From an uncultured Oscillospiraceae bacterium (GTDB taxonomy: Bacteria; Bacillota; Clostridia; Oscillospirales; Ruminococcaceae), in the NCBI GenBank assembly GCA_910578755.1, contig CAJTSZ010000001.1, forward strand, positions 2,340 through 66,339: a DNA stretch of 64,000 nucleotides. Direction: 5' to 3'. A program made the translations under genes and the position numbers. Positions 48,580 through 57,335 of the stretch are shown here, in pieces. Below the pieces are notes generated by a model. The model did no database searches. It worked only from the letters and a program-made list of their open reading frames with translations, and was not told where the DNA came from. Numbering within the stretch: the first letter of the stretch is position 1; the number at the start of each line of letters is the position of its first letter.

Positions 48580-49053
48580 TTAGTACAGCTGCAAATCACT
48601 TTGGAAAAACTTTTTGCAGTCGATGTTCAAAATTACTTTATCGCCTATTTTGGCAATGGAAGACAAATAGCAATTTCCCGATTTGCCCAAATCCGGGGGC
48701 TCGTTGCTTTCTCCGTCCCCTATGGAAACAACTTCGGCAACAAGGTCTACAATAAGCCCCACCTGCATATCCTCCACCATAACCACAATAACGCAGGTTT
48801 TACCGTCATAAGCGCGCTCCGGCTGGTCAAATTTCAGCCGGACATCAATGACTGGAACAACCTTTCCGCGCAGGTTAATAATTCCTTTTATGTAGGATGG
48901 AAGGGAAGGAACCGGGGTAATTGGCTGTACGCTAATGATTTCAATAACATTCAGCAGTTCAATTCCATAAATTGTTTGACCAATATAAAAGGTTAAAAAG
49001 CGGCCCCGTAAATCATCAGCTTGGTCCACAGCGGCCATAGCCACACTACTCAT
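48580..49053 (-). CDS. cheW: Chemotaxis protein CheW
   Basis: IKGIINLRGKVVPVID and VGLIVD. Confidence 0.95.
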   Translation of the reverse strand: MSSVAMAAVDQADDLRGRFLTFYIGQTIYGIELLNVIEIISVQPITPVPSLPSYIKGIINLRGKVVPVIDVRLKFDQPERAYDGKTCVIVVMVEDMQVGLIVDLVAEVVSIGDGESNEPPDLGKSGNCYLSSIAKIGDKVILNIDCKKFFQSDLQLY

Positions 49054-49073
49054 AGTCAATCGCTCCTTTCCTA

Positions 49074-51149
49074 TTATAAATGCATGCCAAGCAGGTTGTT
49101 GGCATCCAATATTAAGCTAATGCTTCCGTCGCCCAAAATGGTGCAGCCGGAAAGCCCCAACTTTTTAATTTCATATTTGCCAAGGAAAGAGGGGAACGGC
49201 TTGACAACAACTTGTTGTTCACCCAGCAGTTCATCTGCAAAGATGCACGCTACCTTATCGCCGCTTTCAATTTGAATAACAATGCCGTCGTGCAAATCGG
49301 TGATTTCGGTAGGGGTATTGAACAAACGGTGCAGCCGGATTAAGGGGAAACATTCTCCCCGCAGCATAATCATTTCAGTTCCATCGGTATCCAAAATAAT
49401 TTGTTTGTCGTCAAAAATTTTAAAGGATTGTTTAATGGATGTAATGGGGAGGGTGTAAATAGAATTACCCACAGCAAGCTCCATACCGTCCACAATGGCC
49501 AGTGTAAGAGGAATTTTAATGGTAAAGGTGGTGCCAACCCCACGCTTGCTGTCAATAGAAATGGTGCCGCCCACCTTTTCCACATTTTTACGTACAACAT
49601 CCATACCAACACCACGGCCGGAAAACTCCGTAACTTCTTTGTTGGTGGAGAAGCCGGGCAGCATAATGAGGTTAAAAATTTCTTTGTCGGTGTATTCGTT
49701 GTCCGCCTTGGTAAGCAGGCCGTTATTGCGGGCTTTTTTCAGCAGTGCGGCAGTATCCAGGCCGCAGCCGTCATCGGCAATGGTAATAACAATTTCACCG
49801 CCAATGTTTTTGGCTGCTATGGTAATTTTGCCGCGTTCCGGTTTGCCCAGGGCCAAACGTTCCTCAGGCTGTTCAATGGCATGGTCCATAGAGTTACGAA
49901 TCATGTGCATAAAGGGGTCGCCAATGGCTTCGTTAATGGTTTTATCAACCTCAGTATCACCGCCTTCGGTTACAAGGTCAACCTGTTTATCCAGTTTTTT
50001 GCACATATCCCGCACAATACGGTTCATCCGCTGGAATACGCCGGAAAGGGGAACCATGCGGATAGACATGACTACATCCTGCAGCTCATCGGTAAGCTTA
50101 CGAAGCTCGCGAGCAGATTTTTGGAAGTTATCCAACTGCAGGCCGCGCAGGTCAGGGTTGCTGACAACCATAGACTCAGTAGTTACCAGTTCGCCCACCA
50201 AGTCCATGAGCTGGTCCAGCTTGCTTTGGTTTACACTAACCAGGCTCTGTTTTGCTTTCCCGCTGGCAGGCGCAGCAGCTGCGGCAGGGGAAGCAGGGGA
50301 GGCCGGGGCGCTTTTGGCAGCAGGGGCAGGCGCAGCGTTGGTGTTGTCGTTGGCGGCTGCCGGTTCTGCTGGGGCCGCAGCAGGCTCATCCTCCAAAAGC
50401 TCGTAGGTTTTGATGTTGACAGAATTTTCAATGGTATTCAGTACATCTTCCACAGAGGAGCTGGGCTTAAAGAGAATAAGAAAACCGTTTTTGATAATTT
50501 CTGAGCAAAGGGAAGAGTCGTTTTGCGGGTTTGCCGGGACAGAGTCCAGCTCGTCGCACAAATCCTGCAGCTGGGACATCAACATAAAGGCGCGGATGTT
50601 TTCCATTTGGCAGCCCTCTTCAAACAGTACCTTAACACGGTACTGGCCAGGCGCCGCCTGGGGGGCATTTCCGGCAGCAGGCTGTGCAGAAGCGGCGGGA
50701 GCTGCTTCCTGGGCTGGCTGTGCGGCAGCGGAGGCTTCGCCCCGCATAATGGAAGCAAGCTGTTTAAGCTCTGTAATCATTTTGCCTGGGTCCTGGGTGG
50801 CCTCCCCGCTGTTTTGCACCGATTCTACTTCAGCCTTCAAAAAGTCCGATGCTTCAAAAACAAGGTCAAAAAGGGCTTCGTTAACGCTGGTAAGGCGGCT
50901 GGGGTCCTCGCGGAGAATAAAGAACACATCCTCTACGGCGTGGGCCAAGGTGGAAATACCGTTAAATTCCATCATTGCGGAGGAACCTTTAATCGTGTGC
51001 ATGATACGAAAGACCTCGTTAATGTGGTCCTCAGTTAAACTTTTGGATTTTTCTGATGACAGAAGAATCTCATCCAACTGCTCTAAGAGCGTAGTCGACT
51101 CATAGATAAAGGTTTCTAGCATGGGTTCCATGCTGGGGTCGATTGCCAT
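49074..51149 (-). CDS. cheA: Chemotaxis histidine kinase CheA
   Basis: HPt FRIMHTIKGSS, HMIRNSMDHAIE, SGRGVGMDVV, C-terminal CheW-like domain. Confidence 0.97.
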   Translation of the reverse strand: MAIDPSMEPMLETFIYESTTLLEQLDEILLSSEKSKSLTEDHINEVFRIMHTIKGSSAMMEFNGISTLAHAVEDVFFILREDPSRLTSVNEALFDLVFEASDFLKAEVESVQNSGEATQDPGKMITELKQLASIMRGEASAAAQPAQEAAPAASAQPAAGNAPQAAPGQYRVKVLFEEGCQMENIRAFMLMSQLQDLCDELDSVPANPQNDSSLCSEIIKNGFLILFKPSSSVEDVLNTIENSVNIKTYELLEDEPAAAPAEPAAANDNTNAAPAPAAKSAPASPASPAAAAAPASGKAKQSLVSVNQSKLDQLMDLVGELVTTESMVVSNPDLRGLQLDNFQKSARELRKLTDELQDVVMSIRMVPLSGVFQRMNRIVRDMCKKLDKQVDLVTEGGDTEVDKTINEAIGDPFMHMIRNSMDHAIEQPEERLALGKPERGKITIAAKNIGGEIVITIADDGCGLDTAALLKKARNNGLLTKADNEYTDKEIFNLIMLPGFSTNKEVTEFSGRGVGMDVVRKNVEKVGGTISIDSKRGVGTTFTIKIPLTLAIVDGMELAVGNSIYTLPITSIKQSFKIFDDKQIILDTDGTEMIMLRGECFPLIRLHRLFNTPTEITDLHDGIVIQIESGDKVACIFADELLGEQQVVVKPFPSFLGKYEIKKLGLSGCTILGDGSISLILDANNLLGMHL

Positions 51150-51217
51150 CGCGTTCACCTACTATTCATCAGATTTTTCATTTTCTTAGTGCTTTGCAAA
51201 CACTTTACCATATATTT

Positions 51218-51225
51218 TATTCGGC
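51218..51225 (-). promoter_or_regulatory. Sigma-28-like -10 box upstream of cheA
   Basis: GCCGAATA on the - strand ~70 nt before the start. Confidence 0.45.
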
Positions 51226-51350
51226 AGCTTCTGTAAAAACACAACCTTTTTCTCTTGTGTTATTCGGATTTTGTACGATAAATACTAATATAGGGAATTA
51301 TTAAGGCTGTTGTCCTTTAAGGGAGGGAGGAAAATCAGCGCGCAAGGCGC

Positions 51351-52766
51351 GTGAAAAATAGAATGACTGATATTTTACGTGTAACAACCCCTCTTGTAAA
51401 CAAGAGCCAGGCACCTGAAATGAAGCGGAACGTGGATTTAGCAACCCAGTTCCCCTTGCAGGATGTTACCAGGGTCAATAAACCGGCGTCCCAGTCGGAA
51501 CTGCTTTCACAAAACAACGGGATGATACAGGATGAAACTTCCACCCTGCTGTTAAACCTGTTAAAGGACCCTTCGGTTACGGTAAACTTTTTAAAAAGCA
51601 TATCCTCCATGGAGGCTCTTATCCGGCTGCTGCCAGCCAACAACAACCCCTTTACCCAGGAAATTGAACAGATGTTTGGCCAAATGCTGGTGCCGTCGGA
51701 CCAAATTGCCGGGGAAATGCAAAAGCAGGAAAATATGTCCACTTTTTTTAAGGGGCCGCTGTTTGAGATGCTGCGGGAAGCCCTTCGGCAAAACCCGGCA
51801 CAAAATGAACTGCGAGGGGCTACGGTATCCTTTCTGAAAGCTTTGACGCTGTTTTATACCCAGCGGGAGGCCCTTGGTTCTGTGGCAAACAGCTTAAAGT
51901 TTTTATCTGAAAGCTTGTTTGCAAGCAAGGGCTTATCCCAAAAATTAGAGGAGCTTGCAGGTAAGTACCGAGCCGAGGATGCGCCGGAAAATTTTAGCCA
52001 GCTGCGGCAGGAAACCTTTGCTTTGCTGAAAGAGGTGGAAGAAAGCATTCTGTTCAGCGAGAAGTCAGAAAAAATTGTGAAAATGATAATTTATAACCTT
52101 TCACGATATAATGACAATGGGGATTTCCTCCAGGAATCTGTTTCGCGGCTGCTGACCCAGCTGCACGGGGACGAGGCAAGGGAACGCTTTTTAAGCAATT
52201 TGGAGGGCTTTATGGAGCAAGTAAAGGAGCCCCCTCAGCGGGAGCCTTCCGCCATGGACGCCCTAACCCGTATTTTAACCAAGCAGGCGGGGAACGAGGA
52301 GTTAATGTCCCTAAATTCCGACAAAATAGAAACCATTATCCACAGTCTGCTTTCTGCCCCGTGTAACTTTACCCCCCTGCTGCATTTTGTGCTGCCGGTA
52401 CAGTATTATGATATTCAGTCCTTTGCTGAAATTTGGCTGAACCCCAACGGCGAGGAGGATGACCGGGACCACCCGGCAGACGGGACCAGGGCCATCCATA
52501 TGCTGCTGTCCTTTGAGGTGGAAAGTATAGGGCGGTTTGAACTGGAGCTGTATGTAAGGGATTCGGTGATTGATTTTTCCCTTTACTGCCCGCCCGCCTA
52601 TGCAAATGTATACAGTGGGATGGAAAAAGAACTGCGGGACTGCGCAGGGCAGAGTGGATACCGCATTGGTGAAATTCGGGTGGACCCGCTAAAGCGGCCG
52701 CGCTCCTTAATGGACGTGTTCCGTTCACTCCCATACAAAAGGACGGGTGTTGATGTCAAAATCTAA
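51351..52766 (+). CDS. Hypothetical flagellar-associated protein (YlqG/FliK-C-like)
   Basis: Helical body; C-terminal FEVESIGRFELEL resembles the FliK-C fold; overlaps an FlhB-C-like gene as in ylqG-ylqH pairs. Confidence 0.55.
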   Translation: MKNRMTDILRVTTPLVNKSQAPEMKRNVDLATQFPLQDVTRVNKPASQSELLSQNNGMIQDETSTLLLNLLKDPSVTVNFLKSISSMEALIRLLPANNNPFTQEIEQMFGQMLVPSDQIAGEMQKQENMSTFFKGPLFEMLREALRQNPAQNELRGATVSFLKALTLFYTQREALGSVANSLKFLSESLFASKGLSQKLEELAGKYRAEDAPENFSQLRQETFALLKEVEESILFSEKSEKIVKMIIYNLSRYNDNGDFLQESVSRLLTQLHGDEARERFLSNLEGFMEQVKEPPQREPSAMDALTRILTKQAGNEELMSLNSDKIETIIHSLLSAPCNFTPLLHFVLPVQYYDIQSFAEIWLNPNGEEDDRDHPADGTRAIHMLLSFEVESIGRFELELYVRDSVIDFSLYCPPAYANVYSGMEKELRDCAGQSGYRIGEIRVDPLKRPRSLMDVFRSLPYKRTGVDVKI

Positions 52767-53061
52767 AAACAAGGCAGTTGCCTTGAAATATAATGTGGAA
52801 GAGGACCTGGCGCCTATTGTTATAGCCTCTGGTTATGGCGAAGTGGCGAAAAGGATTATAGATGTTGCGGAACAGCGCGGGATTCCGGTTTTCCGGGACG
52901 ACAGCGCAGTTTCCCTTTTGTGTATGCTGGAGGTGGGCAGCAATATTCCGCCGCAGCTGTACGAAGTGGTGGCCGCAATTTACTGCCAGCTGCTGCGTAC
53001 CTCCTACCGTATTAAGAATGGGCGGGATCCAGCTGAGGCGGGGAATGGAGAAAACAAATAA
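52753..53061 (+). CDS. EscU/YscU/FlhB C-terminal-like small protein (YlqH/FlhX-like)
   Basis: KAVALKY, APIVIASGYGEVAKRII and IPPQLYEVVA. Confidence 0.88.
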   Translation: MSKSKNKAVALKYNVEEDLAPIVIASGYGEVAKRIIDVAEQRGIPVFRDDSAVSLLCMLEVGSNIPPQLYEVVAAIYCQLLRTSYRIKNGRDPAEAGNGENK

Positions 53062-53095
53062 GCCGAATAAAATGGTTTTACATAGGAGGTGCCAA

Positions 53096-53725
53096 ATGCT
53101 TTCGAAAGAGTATAGTGGTTTGGGCTGCGAAGTAACAGACCTGAATAACCGATTGATAGCTACTGGGTATTTGGATTTAGTTGGTGACGAGGCAGAAGTG
53201 CGGGATACTTCCGGCAATTTGCCAATTTTAGGTTTAAATACTATGGTAAAAATTTCAGTACGTAACTCCAAAGTGGGAACGTGGGTAATGACTGGCCGTG
53301 TGTATATTTCCGACCGGTCGTTTTTGCGCATAACGGAACTGAAAAACTGTACAGAATCTGAAAAACGGCGCTTTTTCCGCCTTGCTGTGGACCACAGCGC
53401 TGCGCTGCTTCTGCCTTCCCTGGGCGGAAGGATAGCCCGGCGGCAAAAGGTACCAGTGCGCCTTAGGGATATTAGCCTGTGCGGCCTGCAGGTGGAAACA
53501 GAACGGCACTTTGATATGGGAGACCAGCTTACTGTCAGCATTGCTATGAACCACAATGAAGAAGTGGAGCTGGAAGTTATTGTGCGCCGCATTATTCAAC
53601 GGGATGGCAGGCCAACCTGCTACGGCTGCGAACTAATGGAGCTGTCGGCTTATGCGGAGCGCCAGCTGTGCGCCTTTATCCTAAGGCAGCAGCAGGAGCA
53701 GATCCGCCGCAGCAGAGGCGATTAG
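53096..53725 (+). CDS. PilZ-domain c-di-GMP receptor (YcgR/MotI-like flagellar brake candidate)
   Basis: RRFFR (RxxxR) and DISLCG (DxSxxG) motifs; AGGAGG RBS. Confidence 0.87.
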   Translation: MLSKEYSGLGCEVTDLNNRLIATGYLDLVGDEAEVRDTSGNLPILGLNTMVKISVRNSKVGTWVMTGRVYISDRSFLRITELKNCTESEKRRFFRLAVDHSAALLLPSLGGRIARRQKVPVRLRDISLCGLQVETERHFDMGDQLTVSIAMNHNEEVELEVIVRRIIQRDGRPTCYGCELMELSAYAERQLCAFILRQQQEQIRRSRGD

Positions 53726-53783
53726 CTCCGCGCCCTGCAGGGGCGGAAAAGCGGAATAGTGAAGCTTGAAGGGAAGTGGGAGA

Positions 53784-55862
53784 ATGGAAAACCTTGTGTT
53801 TGCATTAGACATTGGGACCCGCAGCGTAATTGGGATTGTGGGACGGATGGATGGCGATATGCTGGAGATTTTAAAGGTAGAATCGTTAGAACATTCGGAA
53901 CGTGCTGTAGTGGATGGGCAGATTGAGGATATTGAACAAACTGCACGGGTTGCCAGCATAGTGAAGTCCCGCCTGGAGGAGGCCCTTGGTGTTTCACTTC
54001 ACGAGGTGCATGTAGCCGCCGCAGGGCGCGTACTGAAAACGGAACGGGTTTTTTGCGAAATGGAAGTGGATGACCGCCAGCCTTTTGGTACAAAGGAACT
54101 GATGGCTTTGGAAGCTGCTGCGGTGCAAAAGGCCTATGAACAGCTGGTAGCCGGGCTGGAGGATGGAAACTCGGCAGATTATTGCAGCGTAGGGCACACG
54201 GTGGTGTCGTACCAGTTGGACGGGTATTCCTATTCCACTTTAATAGGCCACCGGGGAAAACGGGCCGGGGTGGAACTGATTACCACCTTTTTACCTAACG
54301 AAGTTGTGGAGAGCCTTTACACAACCATGTCCATGCTGGGGCTTTCCATTGCCAGCATGACCCTGGAACCCATAGCGGCCATGAATGCCGTGGTACCCAG
54401 GGAACTGCGGCTGCTTAATGTAGCTTTGGTGGATGTAGGGGCAGGGACCTCGGATATTGCCATAGCGGATAAGGGCAGCATTTGCGGATATACTATGGCA
54501 ACAGTTGCCGGGGACGAGGTTACAGAGCAAATTATGCAGGACTTTTTGGTGGATTTTGAAACCGCCGAAAGAATGAAATTTGCTGCCAGCGCCCAGGAGC
54601 CCAGTATGGAATATGAGGATGTGCTGGGATTCCCATACGAAGTGGAAACAAAGGAGATTTTGGAGAAAATTCAGCCCACGGTTCAGGACTTGGCAAGGCA
54701 AATTGCCCAGGGAATTGTGGGTATTAACGGGGAAGCGCCCAAGGCAGTGTTTATGGTGGGCGGCGGCAGCCGCACACCAGGCCTTTGCGGGCTGGTGGCC
54801 CAGGAATTGGCTATTGACGAAAAGCGGGTTGCCATTGGCGGCAGCAACTATATGAAGCGGCAGGTGAAGGCAGAGGCCCAATACCTAAGCGCTGAATATG
54901 CTACCCCTGTTGGCATAGCGGTTACCGCTATGGGCGCCGGGGCAGGCGGTGGCCTGACCATTTCCTTAAACGGGAACCGTCTTCAGCTGCTGGGTTCTTC
55001 CATGACCGTGCTGGAAGCGCTGCGCCGCGGCGGCTACCAGTACAGCCAAATTATGGGCCGTTCCGGAAAAAGTATTGTTTTTGAATACAATGGGGAACGC
55101 CGCATTGTCCGGGGCGGGCTGCACACTCTTTCAGAAATACAGGTAAATGGCGTTTTAGCGGGGCTTTCCACCCTGCTGCAGCCTGGGGACGAAATTGTGT
55201 TTACGCCGGCAGTAGACGGTGAGGACGCCTCTGTCCTGTTACAGGATGTAATGCCGGGCTGGTACCCCTTTGAAGTGGAACTGTTTGGGAATCCTGTTCC
55301 AGCGGGTACGCTGGGGTGGATTAATGGGCAGCAAGCAGGCGGCGGCCAGCAGATTAGGCAGATGGACAGGGTAGAAACACAGCGGGTAGAAACCGTTGGC
55401 GCGTTGTTAGAGCTGGCCGGGTTCCCGGGAAAAGAGCATGATGTGGACGTAAACGGCATCCCCTGCACCGGGCCGCAGCAGCCCCTAAGGGCTGGGGACC
55501 GAATTACTCTGCGGGAGGACGCCAGTACCAATGCCAGCACCAATAAGGAAACACAGCAAGCGCCGCCAGCGCAGATCCAAACTGCCGAAGCCGGCGGGCT
55601 GCACATTCACTTTAACGGGTGGGATTATACCCTCCCCCCCTTGGAGGGCGGGGGAGCCTACCAGTTTTATAATTTAATTAACCATGTGGATATTGACCCA
55701 AGGAACCCAAAGGGGGAAATTGTTCTTATGCGCAATGGCGCACCAGCTTCCTATTTGGATACCATTCAAAATGGGGATAGAATTGAAATTCGCTGGTCGG
55801 AAGAAAACCTGATGGAACGGGTGCCCCACCAGCCAAAGGGGACTGCGGGAGGCGTTTTTTAA
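53784..55862 (+). CDS. FtsA/PilM-like actin-fold ATPase with C-terminal ubiquitin-like (ThiS/MoaD-type) repeats
   Basis: ALDIGTRSV, LEPIAA, VDVGAGTSDI, VGGGS; C-terminal NG...L..GD.I repeats. Confidence 0.75.
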   Translation: MENLVFALDIGTRSVIGIVGRMDGDMLEILKVESLEHSERAVVDGQIEDIEQTARVASIVKSRLEEALGVSLHEVHVAAAGRVLKTERVFCEMEVDDRQPFGTKELMALEAAAVQKAYEQLVAGLEDGNSADYCSVGHTVVSYQLDGYSYSTLIGHRGKRAGVELITTFLPNEVVESLYTTMSMLGLSIASMTLEPIAAMNAVVPRELRLLNVALVDVGAGTSDIAIADKGSICGYTMATVAGDEVTEQIMQDFLVDFETAERMKFAASAQEPSMEYEDVLGFPYEVETKEILEKIQPTVQDLARQIAQGIVGINGEAPKAVFMVGGGSRTPGLCGLVAQELAIDEKRVAIGGSNYMKRQVKAEAQYLSAEYATPVGIAVTAMGAGAGGGLTISLNGNRLQLLGSSMTVLEALRRGGYQYSQIMGRSGKSIVFEYNGERRIVRGGLHTLSEIQVNGVLAGLSTLLQPGDEIVFTPAVDGEDASVLLQDVMPGWYPFEVELFGNPVPAGTLGWINGQQAGGGQQIRQMDRVETQRVETVGALLELAGFPGKEHDVDVNGIPCTGPQQPLRAGDRITLREDASTNASTNKETQQAPPAQIQTAEAGGLHIHFNGWDYTLPPLEGGGAYQFYNLINHVDIDPRNPKGEIVLMRNGAPASYLDTIQNGDRIEIRWSEENLMERVPHQPKGTAGGVF

Positions 55863-55896
55863 AAAGGAAAGAACCATAATAAAGGAGTTGAAAAAG

Positions 55897-57045
55897 GTGG
55901 CCGACGAAAGGAAACAGGTTGAGGGAGAAGAACCAATTACCCCAAGGTGTTCCAAGCGGGCCACCTTTCCGCATAGTGGGGAGGATGACCAGGGGAACCA
56001 GGCGGAGTATAAGGGCCCTATTACGCCAAGGTGTTCCAAGTGGGCCACCTTTCAATATGGCAGGGAAGATGACCAAGAGCGCCAGGTTGGGTATAGGGGC
56101 CCTATTACGCCAAGGTGTTCCAAGTGGGCCACTTTTGAATATGGGAAGAACATAAAACGCCGGCCGATGCTGAACCGTTGGACAAGAATGAGTTATACCT
56201 GCGTGTTTATTTTTGCCATAGCCATTATGGCTGGCTCTCCGACGAAAGGAACCCCGCAAACAGGTGGGAACACGGAGGGCAATGGGCAGCCTGCTTCCGT
56301 TGTAGAATTGAAACTAACACAGGACGATTTGCACCAGGGAAGCCTGATTTTGGTGAATGAGGAAAAGGAGTATTTATTCCCAATACAGCCTCAGCTTGTT
56401 CCCTTAAAAATGGACAGCGGGTATATTGCAGAAAACCAAACCCAGCAGCTTCATGCAAAGGCTGCCGACGCCTTAAAGCGGATGCTTTTGCACTGCGAGG
56501 AAGAAAGCGGTGGGGAAACGGTTCGCATTACTGAAACGTTCCGTTCTTATGAAATGCAGGAGCAGCTTTTTAAAAAAGGAACAGGGGAGCCACGGCCTGG
56601 CCACAGCGAACATCACACCGGTTATGCGGTGGACCTGGGAATGCAGGAAGCATTTGAGGGAACAAAGGCATGGAATTGGCTGGCGGAGCATTGTACCCAA
56701 TACGGCTTTATTCTGCGCCAGGGGGCCAATAAAACCGCAGCAGCCGGGGTTTGCAAGGAACCGTGGCATTTTCGGTATGCGGGCGTTCCCCACGCAGCTT
56801 TAATGGAAAAAATGGGCTTTGACATGGAGGAATATGTGGCTTGGCTTCGGGATTATCCATGGGATGGCAGCCATTTGCATTGTATTTTTGGTGAAACAAA
56901 GTATGAGATATACTTTGTTCCAGCAGGGGAAGGGAAAACCTTGGCGCCTGTGCCAGGGGGCTACGAGTATACAGTATCTGGGAACAATGAGGACGGATTT
57001 ATTGTTACCGTTGTACGGGAGAACGGCCAGCAGGCGGAGGAGTGA
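55897..57045 (+). CDS. D-alanyl-D-alanine carboxypeptidase (M15B/VanY-like) with repetitive N-terminal tail
   Basis: LILVN, FRSYEMQ, PGHSEHHTGYAVD, YGFILR, EPWHFRYAG; TM segment; GTG start after AAGGAG. Confidence 0.87.
   Translation: MADERKQVEGEEPITPRCSKRATFPHSGEDDQGNQAEYKGPITPRCSKWATFQYGREDDQERQVGYRGPITPRCSKWATFEYGKNIKRRPMLNRWTRMSYTCVFIFAIAIMAGSPTKGTPQTGGNTEGNGQPASVVELKLTQDDLHQGSLILVNEEKEYLFPIQPQLVPLKMDSGYIAENQTQQLHAKAADALKRMLLHCEEESGGETVRITETFRSYEMQEQLFKKGTGEPRPGHSEHHTGYAVDLGMQEAFEGTKAWNWLAEHCTQYGFILRQGANKTAAAGVCKEPWHFRYAGVPHAALMEKMGFDMEEYVAWLRDYPWDGSHLHCIFGETKYEIYFVPAGEGKTLAPVPGGYEYTVSGNNEDGFIVTVVRENGQQAEE
55933..56136 (+). repeat. 84-bp imperfect tandem repeat x3 (28 aa, core PITPRCSKWATF)
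   Basis: 36-bp core CCTATTACGCCAAGGTGTTCCAAGTGGGCCACCTTT at 55933, 56017 and 56101; linkers are related to each other. Confidence 0.92.
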
Positions 57046-57117
57046 CTGTAAGGCAGGCGCCCCATGAAGGATTTACCTTGGTTCCTGTCCTATTTAACTT
57101 GTTTTTCTAAGCTTTTA

Positions 57118-57125
57118 GCCGAATA
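57118..57125 (+). promoter_or_regulatory. Sigma-28-like -10 box upstream of the FliD-like gene
   Basis: GCCGAATA. Confidence 0.4.
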
Positions 57126-57335
57126 TATAGATTGCAGGGAGTTGGATGAGCAAAAAAAGGTCACCCAACCTGCGGTTGCCGGGCAGAAGCAAGGCTCCTT
57201 TGCCGGCGATCCTTCAGGGGGTACGGCCGGCGCGGTATGCCAACCGTAGGTTCCGTTTCACCAACTTTTTATTGCCAAAACAATCAAGCAATAAAAGATA
57301 CCTTTTTTCATCCCACAGGAAAGGAGGGGTTATAG

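Noticed and set aside
49401..51105. Long + strand ORFs (367, 303 and 231 aa) opposite cheA
   Set aside because: Antisense shadows caused by codon bias
52756..53592. 278-aa - strand ORF
   Set aside because: Overlaps the FlhB-C-like and PilZ genes in antisense; no independent support
55933..56136. CRISPR array (36-bp repeat x3)
   Set aside because: Linkers are clearly homologous to each other, the period is a multiple of 3 within an ORF, and there are no cas genes
55897..57045. Vancomycin resistance gene (vanY)
   Set aside because: No van ligase, vanH/X or vanRS nearby; M15B carboxypeptidases are common housekeeping enzymes
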